A stretch of DNA of 25,903 nucleotides from Bdellovibrionales bacterium (GCA_043785205.1 JAYVXM010000029.1:1-25903), one strand, 5' to 3'. Numbered from the stretch's first letter, positions 1 to 9,087 are shown. Numbers and translations: made by a program. Notes: a model not told the origin generated them from the letters alone.

Positions 1-747
1 CCAAAAACCGCCCCGATCCCGGAGCGGTGCCGCCTTTTCGAGTTCGCGCAATCCGAGGAAATCCACGTAGAACGCGCGAGCGTTCATTTCTTCTCCCGGC
101 GGGATCGAAATCTGGGCATGATCGACCCCAACGATTTCTGCGGTCGGGATCTCCACGATCGAAAGGATATCCGAGAAACGGACGGACACTTCCTCGAGTC
201 GAAGAGTCGGGGCGTCCTCCGCGGCCGCAAACAAGCCGTCGAGCCCCAGGGCGCCGAAAAGTCGGGGAAGATCTCCGATCGGAGGGAACGCGATTTCAGT
301 GACGAACGGGAGACCCGCCGGGATCGTTTCGCGTCCGTGTACTTCAATCAAAGTGGGAATTCCCGGGCGAGCGAGCCAGGCCGTTCGGGAAAGCCGGATC
401 GACTCCATACTTTTCGGATGGAGAAGCCATCCGCTCCCGCTAAGCGATGCGAGATAGCCTTCGAGATCGAGCACGTCGACCGCGATGTGGTGCAAGCCGG
501 GTCCTCGCTTGGCCATCGCGCGCGAATACGCACCCTCACGTACCGGCTCCATCAATAGGAGAGCTCCCGTGCGCCCCGTTCCTCCGACGTAAATTTCCCG
601 AGTTCCCTCGCCGTCCCAGACTTCGGCCGCCCCTACCGGAAAATGATGGGCAGCGAGTCCGTTAGCCGAGCGTTCTACCGAAGGCACCAGAAAGGCGACG
701 TGACTGAGGCGCGCAGAAAAATTCGAGGGGTTTTTTTCGTTACGCAT
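1..747 (-). CDS. Tandem VOC (glyoxalase/methylmalonyl-CoA epimerase-like) protein, 3' end beyond window edge
   Basis: Not in the ORF track (no stop in window). Hand translation from ATG at 747 is stop-free to base 1: MRNEKNPSNFSARLSHVAFLVPSVE...LLMEPVREGAYSRAMAKRGPGLHHIAVDVLDLE...PTLIEV (epimerase-like VOC signature), then VDHAQISIPPGEEMNARAFYVDFLGLRELEKAAPLRDRGGFW (start of a second glyoxalase domain). Starts 12 nt after the upstream TAG, with purine-rich GAAGAAG in the gap. Confidence 0.85.
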   Translation of the reverse strand, partial: MRNEKNPSNFSARLSHVAFLVPSVERSANGLAAHHFPVGAAEVWDGEGTREIYVGGTGRTGALLLMEPVREGAYSRAMAKRGPGLHHIAVDVLDLEGYLASLSGSGWLLHPKSMESIRLSRTAWLARPGIPTLIEVHGRETIPAGLPFVTEIAFPPIGDLPRLFGALGLDGLFAAAEDAPTLRLEEVSVRFSDILSIVEIPTAEIVGVDHAQISIPPGEEMNARAFYVDFLGLRELEKAAPLRDRGGFW

Positions 748-759
748 GGATCTTCTTCG

Positions 760-2007
760 CTAGTTCGATTTCCAACATTTGAGGAAACGGTTCCACATCG
801 TTTCCGGATCCCCAACGTACCCGATACTGAAGCGAAGAAGTCCGGGCGAAAGTCCCATCGCCTTTTGTTCCTCCTCGGGAATTTCACTCGACGTGCTCTT
901 CGCCGAACAGCTCATCAGCGTCCGGGAAAATCCGAGGGAGACGGCGTAGAGGCCGAACTTCTCGTCCTGGAGTTTCGTCGCGAGAACCTGGGCGCGCTCG
1001 GGCGTACCGCAGTCGACGGTGAGGATGCCGCCGAAGCCGTAGACCGGGTTCGCGATCTCGCGGATCAGATTCCGCTGAGGGTGGTTCGGCAGGCTCGGGT
1101 AGATCACCGGGATTTTGAGCTCGGCCATGCGGTTCGCGAGGAATTCCGCCATTTTCGCATGGGCCTGCATCCGGATCGGAAGGTGGTCCATCCGAAGGTA
1201 AAGTTCGTGGGCCACGCGTGGATCCATGACCGGACCTCCGAGCATGACGGCGCCGTGATTCACGTCGATCAGGCTCGCGATGAACTCTTCGGAGCCGGCG
1301 ATCGCGCCCGCGATCAGATCGCTCGAGCCCGAGATGTATTTCGTGCAGGAGTGGACGACCACGTCGGCTCCGAGTTCGAGCGGACGGACGATGAGTGGCG
1401 TGAAGGTATTATCGACGACGAGGCGGATGTTCCGCTTCCGGCAGAGCCCCGCTAAACCTCGGATATCGCTCACGGAGAGGAGCGGGTTACTCAGGGTTTC
1501 GACGTAGAGGACCTTCGTTTCGGGACGAAGCGCCCGCTCGACCATCGCGAAATTCGTGATTTCGATGAACGAAACGTCGATCCCTCGGGATGGGAGGACG
1601 TTTTTAAAGAGGGCGTAGGTTCCGCCATAGACCGTATTGGAACAGACCAGGTGCCCGCCCGCTTGGCCCATGCCGGTTTTACCGGAGCGGGCGGCTTCGT
1701 TCCGGAAGATCTGGTCGATCGCGCAGGCGATCGCCGCCATCCCGCTCGCCACCCCGAGGGCGGCCGGGGCCCCCTCCATCGCCGCGAGCTTCTTTCCGAA
1801 GATATTCACCGTCGGGTTCGAGTGCCTACTATAGAGGTAGCAACCCGGCATCTCCCCCTGGAAGGTCCGCTCCATGTCGGCGGGATCGAGGAATGTCGAA
1901 GTCGCAGCCACGTCGATGACCGGTACGACACCTCCCTCTTCGCCGAAGTGCTGGATATCGCGTATAGCCTGTTCCGGAGACGCCGCCGCTTGGGGAGGTT
2001 TTTGCAT
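760..2007 (-). CDS. PLP-dependent Cys/Met metabolism enzyme, methionine gamma-lyase-like (plant/Bacteroidetes-type subfamily)
   Basis: YSRHSNPT, SGMAAI, YGGT, VVDNTF, HSCTKYISG (PLP lysine), AVSLG, STSSE and GLLRFSIG motifs of the trans-sulfuration family; N-terminal QHFGEEGGV resembles the plant MGL subfamily as I recall it. Confidence 0.88.
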   Translation of the reverse strand: MQKPPQAAASPEQAIRDIQHFGEEGGVVPVIDVAATSTFLDPADMERTFQGEMPGCYLYSRHSNPTVNIFGKKLAAMEGAPAALGVASGMAAIACAIDQIFRNEAARSGKTGMGQAGGHLVCSNTVYGGTYALFKNVLPSRGIDVSFIEITNFAMVERALRPETKVLYVETLSNPLLSVSDIRGLAGLCRKRNIRLVVDNTFTPLIVRPLELGADVVVHSCTKYISGSSDLIAGAIAGSEEFIASLIDVNHGAVMLGGPVMDPRVAHELYLRMDHLPIRMQAHAKMAEFLANRMAELKIPVIYPSLPNHPQRNLIREIANPVYGFGGILTVDCGTPERAQVLATKLQDEKFGLYAVSLGFSRTLMSCSAKSTSSEIPEEEQKAMGLSPGLLRFSIGYVGDPETMWNRFLKCWKSN

Positions 2008-2027
2008 TCTCCGGGTTTACCCCCGCC

Positions 2028-2041
2028 TCTCTATATAGAGA
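2028..2041. promoter_or_regulatory. Perfect 14-bp palindrome, candidate operator
   Basis: TCTCTATATAGAGA equals its reverse complement; 20 nt upstream of the lyase start in a divergent intergenic region. Confidence 0.35.
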
Positions 2042-2151
2042 AGAGTTTCCCGACTTCAGTCGACTTAAAAGTGGTTAAGAGTATGAATTTGTTAATGTTT
2101 ACCGGAAAAGGCCGTCCCTCAAGGTTGTTACCTGAGTATTTTACTCCACTA

Positions 2152-2180
2152 TTTACACGTCGCGTCAGTTCCGGTATAAC
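2152..2180 (+). promoter_or_regulatory. Sigma70-type promoter for the large secreted protein/S8 operon
   Basis: TTTACA-N17-TATAAC, followed by SD TAAGGAG (2195-2201) and ATG at 2206. Confidence 0.6.
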
Positions 2181-2205
2181 CTCCCGGCACCCTTTAAGGA
2201 GTCAT

Positions 2206-5200
2206 ATGTTTACCTCGCGGAAAAGTCGCCCGCTCGCCCTCGTCGCTGCTTTGACCCTCGCCGGAATCTCCGGGGCGGCCCATGCGAACGAAACGCCGAA
2301 CGAACTCCCGATGGAGATCAAGACTTCGGGCGCTCCCGCGATCGATCTGATGTATCAGGGCCACCCCGTGGACGGCGGACGCGACGGCGCGATCGATCTC
2401 GCGAAAAAAGGGATCGACCTCTCGACGCTCGACCCCCTCCCGAACGACGCCTGGCAGCCCGCTTCGCTCCCAGTCTCGAACGCCGATAAATTCGGTTATC
2501 CGCCGACCGCCTCGCAAGTGCATTTTCTAAACGATATCGCGCCGAACGGAATGTACCGCGGCCAAGTCGAATATTATGGTCGTCCGTTCCGCCTCATCGT
2601 CGACATGGACGCTCACCAAGCGATCATGAACGCGGCCCTCCTCCGTAAGCTCGGCTACCCCGTCGACATGCCGAAACACTACGACGAGCTCGCGCTCCAC
2701 TTCGATACGCTCGTCCAGATGCGGAACTTCATCGATAACTTCGCGTTCGAAACCGAGTTCTCCCGCGATCGCTGGATCAAGAGCGTCGACGAAAAAAATC
2801 TCGTCCTCTCGATGAAGGACGTGAACCTCGAATATCCGCGGATCGACGTCCAGCAGCTCTATAACGGAAAGATCAACACCGCCTGGATCGCCGGCCACCG
2901 CGCCATGCGCGCGCTTATTATCCCGCTCATGCTCCTCGACGTGCGCCTCTCCGAAAACAGCGTGAATATCTTTCCCTGGGAGTTCGCGCGCATTTTCTCC
3001 GAAAACATCATGCTTTCCCATGCCTACGTCTCCGCGTTCAAGGAGACGACTTACGAAGACTCCCGTTGGATTGCCCGTAAGATCGCAATGCTAACGAAGG
3101 AAGAGCTCAAGTCGGTCATCGACCAGGCGGGATACCCCTCCGACGTCGCGGCTCTCCTCGTCGAAAAAATCACCGCCCGCCGGGACCACATGGTCCAGAT
3201 CTTCTCGCTTGCGAACGAAATTCCGTCGCAGCTCGTGAAACTTCCGTACGTGAATAATCTCACGATCGGATCGGTCGTGAACGGGCAGGTTACCCAGGAA
3301 TACTATAACGACCACGCCGAACGCTTCACCGTCGGCGATCCGGCTTCGCCGCTTCGTTGGAACGAGCTCAAGCACTACGTGAAGATGGAAGTCCTCGCCC
3401 AAGGAATCCACGTCCTCACCGATAAGATCAATAAAGATCTCCAATTCAAGGACACGACCGACGGGATCGACGCGCACAAACAGAGCCTGCTTAACGAGAT
3501 CATGGCGCACTTCAAGGATCACCCGAACGATCCGTACATCATTCCGCTGAAGCCGTGGGTCGAGCCGCTCTACGGACTCAACATGAATGCCTCCCGTTCG
3601 CTCGTCACCGGGACCTACTATGGATCCGATTCAAAGGCCCAACTCGTCGACAACCTCGTCGTCGGGGCGAGCGTCGGGGCGTTCGGCGGCATCGACGGCC
3701 GGAAGTACCTCCAAAACTTTGGTTTCGGCGCCTCGGTCTCGTACCAGCGCACCTATACCCACGTGCGGCCGATTCCGTCGCTCGAAGCTGTGAAGAACGA
3801 GAGCTGGAAGAATCTCTTCGTTCCGGGCTTCCTGAAGAGCACGAGCAAGGTCCTGACTTGGAAGGTCGTTAACCGTAAATTCGACGCCTTCCGCGGCACC
3901 TACGCCGAAGCTCAGCGAAATTGGGCGATCGACGCTCCGAAACTTTGGCCCGCCTACCTGAAGTTGAAAACCGCCTTCGACGCGACGAAAAAACGCGTAT
4001 GCGAAGCTCAGGGGTTCCCCGCTCCGTACGAAAAGTGCGTCCTCGACCCGAAGCTCTATCCGGCTCCCGTCGATCCGACCCCGGACGTGGCGAAAATTTA
4101 CCAAAAAGAAATCGGTGGGTCCGTGCCGGCCGACCGGATTATCCCGGCAGTCTCATCCGACCCGAAAAATCCGTCCGTCCTTCCCGACGACCTCGAGGAC
4201 ACCGTGGTCCTCAGCACTCTCAAGTCCTTTCTCGACGACGTCCGGGATAACGAAGTGTACACGATCACGGATTCGTTCGTGAACCAGGTCACTCCCCAAG
4301 TTCAGATTCCCCTCACGACTTTCGCCGGTATGGGCGTCATGGACCTCATCGGCAAGAACCTCTACAACAAGATCGCGCCTTCGGTCGGCGTCAGCGTCAC
4401 CGGTCAATGGGCGATCCTCAAGCGTCTCATGTTCATGCGGAAAGGCGATCAGTTTGCCGTCTACGACACGAAGATGAACACGCGCTCGCTTGGCGGTGCC
4501 GTCGACTTCTCGGCCTGGATTGAACTCGCTAAGGTCGCCGCGAACAAGAAGAAGGGCACCGCGGACACGAACGCGCTCATGCTCGACCTCGGTTCGGTGA
4601 CGGACGACGCGAAGGCCAAGGACTCGTCGCTCGCCAAGGATCGTAAAAAGCTCCTGATGGCGCTCGCCGATCTCATGTTCCACAACGAGATGGACACCGC
4701 GGAAGAAATCGCTCCTCCGTACGCCATCCACCACGATCTGACCGGAAAGACCCGCTCGGCGAAGTTCCTCCTCTGGAACTGGGCGAATTACGCGGAGACG
4801 AACAAGGTCACCTTGACCCCACCGGCGGATCCGCTCCACCCGTTCAACGTCAAGGACCAGGCCCGCACGCTCTATAGCGCCCGGAAGATGAACCTCAGCG
4901 GAAAAAATCCGTACGGGATCATCGGCCAACTTCTCAGCAAGGCCGTCGGCGTGAACGGCCTCCTCGATCCGGGCACGAACCAGAATCCTTCGGGTTCCTT
5001 CCTCGGATCCGCGAACTGGAGTCAGGTCCGCGCGGAAGCGGAAATCACGAACGGCGCGGAGTTCAAGCCGATGGTCATGTTCGAAGATCACTATTCTGGA
5101 TGGTATCTCGCTCAGGATAAACTCCTCGCCATCCTCGACAAGATCCAGGGTCAGGTCACCGCGCTGAACCTCGGGTCTCCGATTTTCCGGCGGGACATGT

Positions 5201-5826
5201 TCGCCTCGACGACCCAGCTCCAGGCTTACGAAATCCGTTCGAATATCGTTCTTTACCCGAGCGGCGTCGCGAAGCTCGAAGACTCCCTCTTCAAACCGAC
5301 GAGCCGCCAGGAACTTCTCCTCACGCTCCTCGACTGGGTCGACGAAGACGATTTCCGAAACCGTTGTCGGGCGTACTTCTCGGACCACGGCATCGAGCCG
5401 GAGCTTGAGCAGTTCGAGAAGATCGAGGACCCGAATAAAGTTTGGAATCGGTGTATCCAGCCGTGGATGCGCAAGGTGATGCGTCACGTTCGGAACGCTC
5501 CCCCTCGCGATCAGAAGGAAAAATATACCGAATGGCTTTCGAGCACGGTTTACCTGATCAATAAGCACCTCGGCGTCTCCCGGTTCCTCAACCGGATCGG
5601 CAAAGCGAACTTCTTCTTCCAAGTTCGCGTGAGCGGCTTCCGAAAGGGCGACGAAGGCGCGCTTAATAAGAACGCCGAAACGGATTACGTCACTGATTCG
5701 ATCGGGACCGTCTCGAGTCCGATCTCACTCGGGCCTTTCAGCGATCTAAAGGTCTATACGAACGGCGTCGACTGGCAAATTTCGGATTATGAACTTCAGG
5801 CCCGCTATTTCGGAGACGGTCTATGA
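2206..5826 (+). CDS. Large secreted protein of unknown function (1206 aa)
   Basis: True start is ATG 2206 (strong SD, signal peptide MFTSRKSRPLALVAALTLAGISGAAHA); the ORF-track extension back to 1651 is the antisense shadow of the lyase. Typical GC3 codon usage throughout; stop overlaps next start (ATGA). Confidence 0.9.
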   Translation: MFTSRKSRPLALVAALTLAGISGAAHANETPNELPMEIKTSGAPAIDLMYQGHPVDGGRDGAIDLAKKGIDLSTLDPLPNDAWQPASLPVSNADKFGYPPTASQVHFLNDIAPNGMYRGQVEYYGRPFRLIVDMDAHQAIMNAALLRKLGYPVDMPKHYDELALHFDTLVQMRNFIDNFAFETEFSRDRWIKSVDEKNLVLSMKDVNLEYPRIDVQQLYNGKINTAWIAGHRAMRALIIPLMLLDVRLSENSVNIFPWEFARIFSENIMLSHAYVSAFKETTYEDSRWIARKIAMLTKEELKSVIDQAGYPSDVAALLVEKITARRDHMVQIFSLANEIPSQLVKLPYVNNLTIGSVVNGQVTQEYYNDHAERFTVGDPASPLRWNELKHYVKMEVLAQGIHVLTDKINKDLQFKDTTDGIDAHKQSLLNEIMAHFKDHPNDPYIIPLKPWVEPLYGLNMNASRSLVTGTYYGSDSKAQLVDNLVVGASVGAFGGIDGRKYLQNFGFGASVSYQRTYTHVRPIPSLEAVKNESWKNLFVPGFLKSTSKVLTWKVVNRKFDAFRGTYAEAQRNWAIDAPKLWPAYLKLKTAFDATKKRVCEAQGFPAPYEKCVLDPKLYPAPVDPTPDVAKIYQKEIGGSVPADRIIPAVSSDPKNPSVLPDDLEDTVVLSTLKSFLDDVRDNEVYTITDSFVNQVTPQVQIPLTTFAGMGVMDLIGKNLYNKIAPSVGVSVTGQWAILKRLMFMRKGDQFAVYDTKMNTRSLGGAVDFSAWIELAKVAANKKKGTADTNALMLDLGSVTDDAKAKDSSLAKDRKKLLMALADLMFHNEMDTAEEIAPPYAIHHDLTGKTRSAKFLLWNWANYAETNKVTLTPPADPLHPFNVKDQARTLYSARKMNLSGKNPYGIIGQLLSKAVGVNGLLDPGTNQNPSGSFLGSANWSQVRAEAEITNGAEFKPMVMFEDHYSGWYLAQDKLLAILDKIQGQVTALNLGSPIFRRDMFASTTQLQAYEIRSNIVLYPSGVAKLEDSLFKPTSRQELLLTLLDWVDEDDFRNRCRAYFSDHGIEPELEQFEKIEDPNKVWNRCIQPWMRKVMRHVRNAPPRDQKEKYTEWLSSTVYLINKHLGVSRFLNRIGKANFFFQVRVSGFRKGDEGALNKNAETDYVTDSIGTVSSPISLGPFSDLKVYTNGVDWQISDYELQARYFGDGL

Positions 5827-8800
5827 TCAAGCGCATCGCCATACTCGTCGCCCTTTCGTCCCTTTCCGCTCACGCGGAAAACCTGATCCTCACCGGCCGG
5901 AGCGGCGACCTCGCCCGTTTCAGCGCGAACGCGACGAAGCAATTCGTCGTCGAGCCGCTCTTCACCCCGGGTGAGCAACGCATCCTCACTCGGCTCGGAA
6001 AGTCGGATATGGCGGCTTCGCTCCTCGTCCAACCGGGGAATGCGACGGCCGACGTGAATCTCCGGGCGAAGCACCTTCACCTGAGGGTGGAGATGGACCG
6101 GAAGGTCAAGGTGAAGTCCGCCGGACGCGATCCGCTCATGAGCGAACTCTGGGGAATTTCGAACAACGGCGACCCGCGGAAGTTCTACCTGGATAACTTC
6201 ACCTCGATCGTGGTGAAGGGCGTGAAGGGAGAAGACGTGAATCTTCCTTCCTCCTCCAACGAAGGAAAGGGGATCGTCGTCGCGATCCTCGACTCCGGGT
6301 TCGACACGAAACATCCGGACCTCGCGGGCCAGTTCGTCACGAAACCCGCCGAATGCGCGAACCTCGAGAAATATCTCGCCTGCGTGGCCGACGCGAAATC
6401 TCAGGATAAGCTGCCCACGGCCTGCGACGCCCAGTACATGAAGCTCGACACCGACGGAAACGGCTACCCGATGGACTGCCACGGATGGAACTTCGTGGGC
6501 AAAAAGAACAAATTTTCGAATCAATACGGAACGCCCGATATCGCGGAACAGTTTTCCGAAGGCTCCGGGCACGGAACGAAGGTCGCCGGCGTCGTCGGCG
6601 CGCTGGCCGATAACGGACTCGGCGTGCGCGGAATCGCGCCCGGCGTGAAGATCCTCGGTGTACGCGTGATCAGCGAAGACGCGAATCCGACCACCGGCGG
6701 AATCGCCAAACCGGATCAAGCGGTCAGCCTCGTCTCGACCGTCGTTCGCGGAATGCTCTACGCGATCTCCGAAAAAGCGAACGTGATCAATCTCTCGCTC
6801 GGCTGGAACGGGCGCGCCGATTCTCCACTCATGCGGGACGCGGTGAAGACCGCCCAGGCCGCGGGGATCATCGTGGTCGCCGCCGCCGGAAACGATTCGA
6901 CGGACGCGCTCGTTTATCCGTGCCAGTATACAGGAGTCGTTTGCGTCGGATCTCACGATCCGGACGGCAAGTTGTCGGAATTCTCGAACTTCGGCTCCGG
7001 CGTCGATATCGCCGCGCCGGGATTCAGCATTCTTTCGACGATCGATCAGGACGCGGATCCGATCTATTTCACCGACCGCCAAGGCTACGATTTCGACAGC
7101 GGGACCTCCTTCGCGTCGCCGTACGTCGCGGGCGCGATCGCCATCATTCGCTCCCAAGGCTTCAGCGTGAACGAGTCGATCGCGCGTCTCCTCGTCGGCG
7201 CTCGTCCGAAAGCCTACTCCGAAGGAAAGGTCGTTTTGACTGGAAATCTCGATGTCTCGCGCGCCCTCCGCGCTTCGCCGCGTCCGTTCTTCACGCCGGA
7301 AAACAAAGGAATCTATCCGCTGATCTGGGACCGCGCGAAAAACACGGCCGCCCTCGGCATTGATCTGAAGGATATTTGGACGAGCGCGCGGACCGTAAAG
7401 GCTCACCTCTCACTCTCAAAGCGGGACGAAGCCCTCGGTCAGATTCGGATCGATCAGCCGGATCTCACGCTTTCGAACTGGATGTCGGGCCAGGTCCACA
7501 CGCTCGAGACTTCTCTCACCATCCTCGATCCGAAAGTGACGAGCGACGCCACGCTCGTATTGGAGATCTCGGCCGATGGGTTCCCGAGCCAAAAAATCCG
7601 CGTTCCGCTCCAGATGTCGGTCGTGCTTGAAAAGGAAACCAAGCTGCCGAACGCCCAAACGATTCCCGTCCGCGGAACGGTCAATCCGAACGGAGTGATT
7701 TTCTCCATCCAATCGGCCGACGGACGCCCGGAACAGGATTACGTCGCGATCGAACAGGGCGACACCGAATGGAAGTATCAGATTATCCGCGAAGTGCGCG
7801 GAAGCGGCGGATCGAGTTACGTCGCCGGCGCGATCAAGTCGCTTCCGGCGGTTCCGAACGGATCCCCGCGGACGGCCCAACGCCTCGACGTGAACCTCGA
7901 CGGGAAACCCGATTACGTCTTCTCGGTGTACGTCCCGAGTCAGGAAGAAGATCACCTTCCGTACTTCCGCTTCGATTACCGAGACGCGGATGGAAACGAC
8001 GTTCTTCCCTCGTACCTTTTCAAAAACCGCACCTCGGTCCTCCAACTCGATCGCTTCCAGTGGATCCGTTCTGGAAATCGGCTCGTCCAGGCATGGAACG
8101 GCGTCGGCTTAACTCCGAAGGCCGAACAGGAGAAGTTCGATCCGTGGAATCCGAACAAATATAAAAACGAGGAAACCGACGCCCGCCTTTACTATCACGA
8201 TCCGGCGACGGAAGACGGCGTTCGTTCGCTCGCGATTCCGAAGGACGCGAGCCTCTCGAAGGACATGGCCTACCTTTCGCTGCTGAATCAAAGTCGAAGC
8301 GACGTCGCCGCCGGGAAGATCTCCTCCGTGATCACGGAAACCGGTGACTACGTGGCGAAGACCTATGCCGTCGAATTCAGCTCGACCGCGGATCCCGGAC
8401 GCGTCTATCCGATCGAAACGCCGAAGTTCCGAAACCTGCGTTCCGTCGAGGGAGTGAAAGCGTTCCCGCTCGATCCGAATCCGATCGCGGTGGCGACGAT
8501 GTTTTCCACGACTTCGGGAGTTCAATCCCAGCGCATCGGCGGAGTCGTGAAGGCCGGCGATCGTTACCTTCTGCTCGATCGCTCGATGACTCCGGAGGCC
8601 GCCGCGGACACTGTCTACAAGACGATCGCCGCATTTTCCGAAGGTTCGGCGGCGGCGCCGACCGGTATCGCCGCCTTCGCCCAGGCGAATTACGACGTCC
8701 TCTACCAGGACTCGACGACGAACCGAAATTTGTCGACGTCCCTTCGTCGGTATACGTTCCTCGCCTCGTCTCTCTTCGAGCGGACCTTCATTCCGGCGGT

Positions 8801-9056
8801 CGCGGAGACCGGTGGCGAGCGCGTCGCCGCCATTCAGATCCCGGACGGATTCGGCGCCTACCCCGGGGCGGAGCTGATCGTACCGTTACGCAAAAACGGC
8901 ATCAGCGTGGACCTCATCCGCCCGGCGGCCCTACGGATCCAAATCGGCTCCGATAGCTGCGACTGGCTCGCCCGTACCGATCCGTCGGCGGACGCTCCAT
9001 CTCAGGCCGTCTATTTCTGTGGGGACCGCTTTATTCGGCTCCCATACCGATTTTAA
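5823..9056 (+). CDS. Secreted S8 (subtilisin-like) serine peptidase with long C-terminal extension (1077 aa)
   Basis: Signal peptide ending SAHA; catalytic motifs VAILDSG (Asp), GHGTKVAG (His), AAAGND (oxyanion Asn), SGTSFASP (Ser); DTDGNGYPMDCHGWNF insertion typical of S8 enzymes. Confidence 0.95.
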   Translation: MIKRIAILVALSSLSAHAENLILTGRSGDLARFSANATKQFVVEPLFTPGEQRILTRLGKSDMAASLLVQPGNATADVNLRAKHLHLRVEMDRKVKVKSAGRDPLMSELWGISNNGDPRKFYLDNFTSIVVKGVKGEDVNLPSSSNEGKGIVVAILDSGFDTKHPDLAGQFVTKPAECANLEKYLACVADAKSQDKLPTACDAQYMKLDTDGNGYPMDCHGWNFVGKKNKFSNQYGTPDIAEQFSEGSGHGTKVAGVVGALADNGLGVRGIAPGVKILGVRVISEDANPTTGGIAKPDQAVSLVSTVVRGMLYAISEKANVINLSLGWNGRADSPLMRDAVKTAQAAGIIVVAAAGNDSTDALVYPCQYTGVVCVGSHDPDGKLSEFSNFGSGVDIAAPGFSILSTIDQDADPIYFTDRQGYDFDSGTSFASPYVAGAIAIIRSQGFSVNESIARLLVGARPKAYSEGKVVLTGNLDVSRALRASPRPFFTPENKGIYPLIWDRAKNTAALGIDLKDIWTSARTVKAHLSLSKRDEALGQIRIDQPDLTLSNWMSGQVHTLETSLTILDPKVTSDATLVLEISADGFPSQKIRVPLQMSVVLEKETKLPNAQTIPVRGTVNPNGVIFSIQSADGRPEQDYVAIEQGDTEWKYQIIREVRGSGGSSYVAGAIKSLPAVPNGSPRTAQRLDVNLDGKPDYVFSVYVPSQEEDHLPYFRFDYRDADGNDVLPSYLFKNRTSVLQLDRFQWIRSGNRLVQAWNGVGLTPKAEQEKFDPWNPNKYKNEETDARLYYHDPATEDGVRSLAIPKDASLSKDMAYLSLLNQSRSDVAAGKISSVITETGDYVAKTYAVEFSSTADPGRVYPIETPKFRNLRSVEGVKAFPLDPNPIAVATMFSTTSGVQSQRIGGVVKAGDRYLLLDRSMTPEAAADTVYKTIAAFSEGSAAAPTGIAAFAQANYDVLYQDSTTNRNLSTSLRRYTFLASSLFERTFIPAVAETGGERVAAIQIPDGFGAYPGAELIVPLRKNGISVDLIRPAALRIQIGSDSCDWLARTDPSADAPSQAVYFCGDRFIRLPYRF

Positions 9057-9065
9057 CCGGGACCG

Positions 9066-9087
9066 AAGTGGCCCCGCGGCCACTTTT
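9066..9087 (+). terminator. Probable intrinsic terminator after the S8 gene
   Basis: Stem AAGTGGCC/GGCCACTT with 4-nt loop, 10 nt after the stop; only a short T run (TTTT), so weak. Confidence 0.5.

Noticed and set aside
727-737. A7/C4 homopolymer near the VOC gene start as a phase-variation tract
   Set aside because: Too short; the frame is intact.
1651-2205. N-terminal 185 codons of the 1391-aa ORF
   Set aside because: Antisense shadow of the lyase plus intergenic DNA; promoter, SD and signal peptide all point to ATG 2206.
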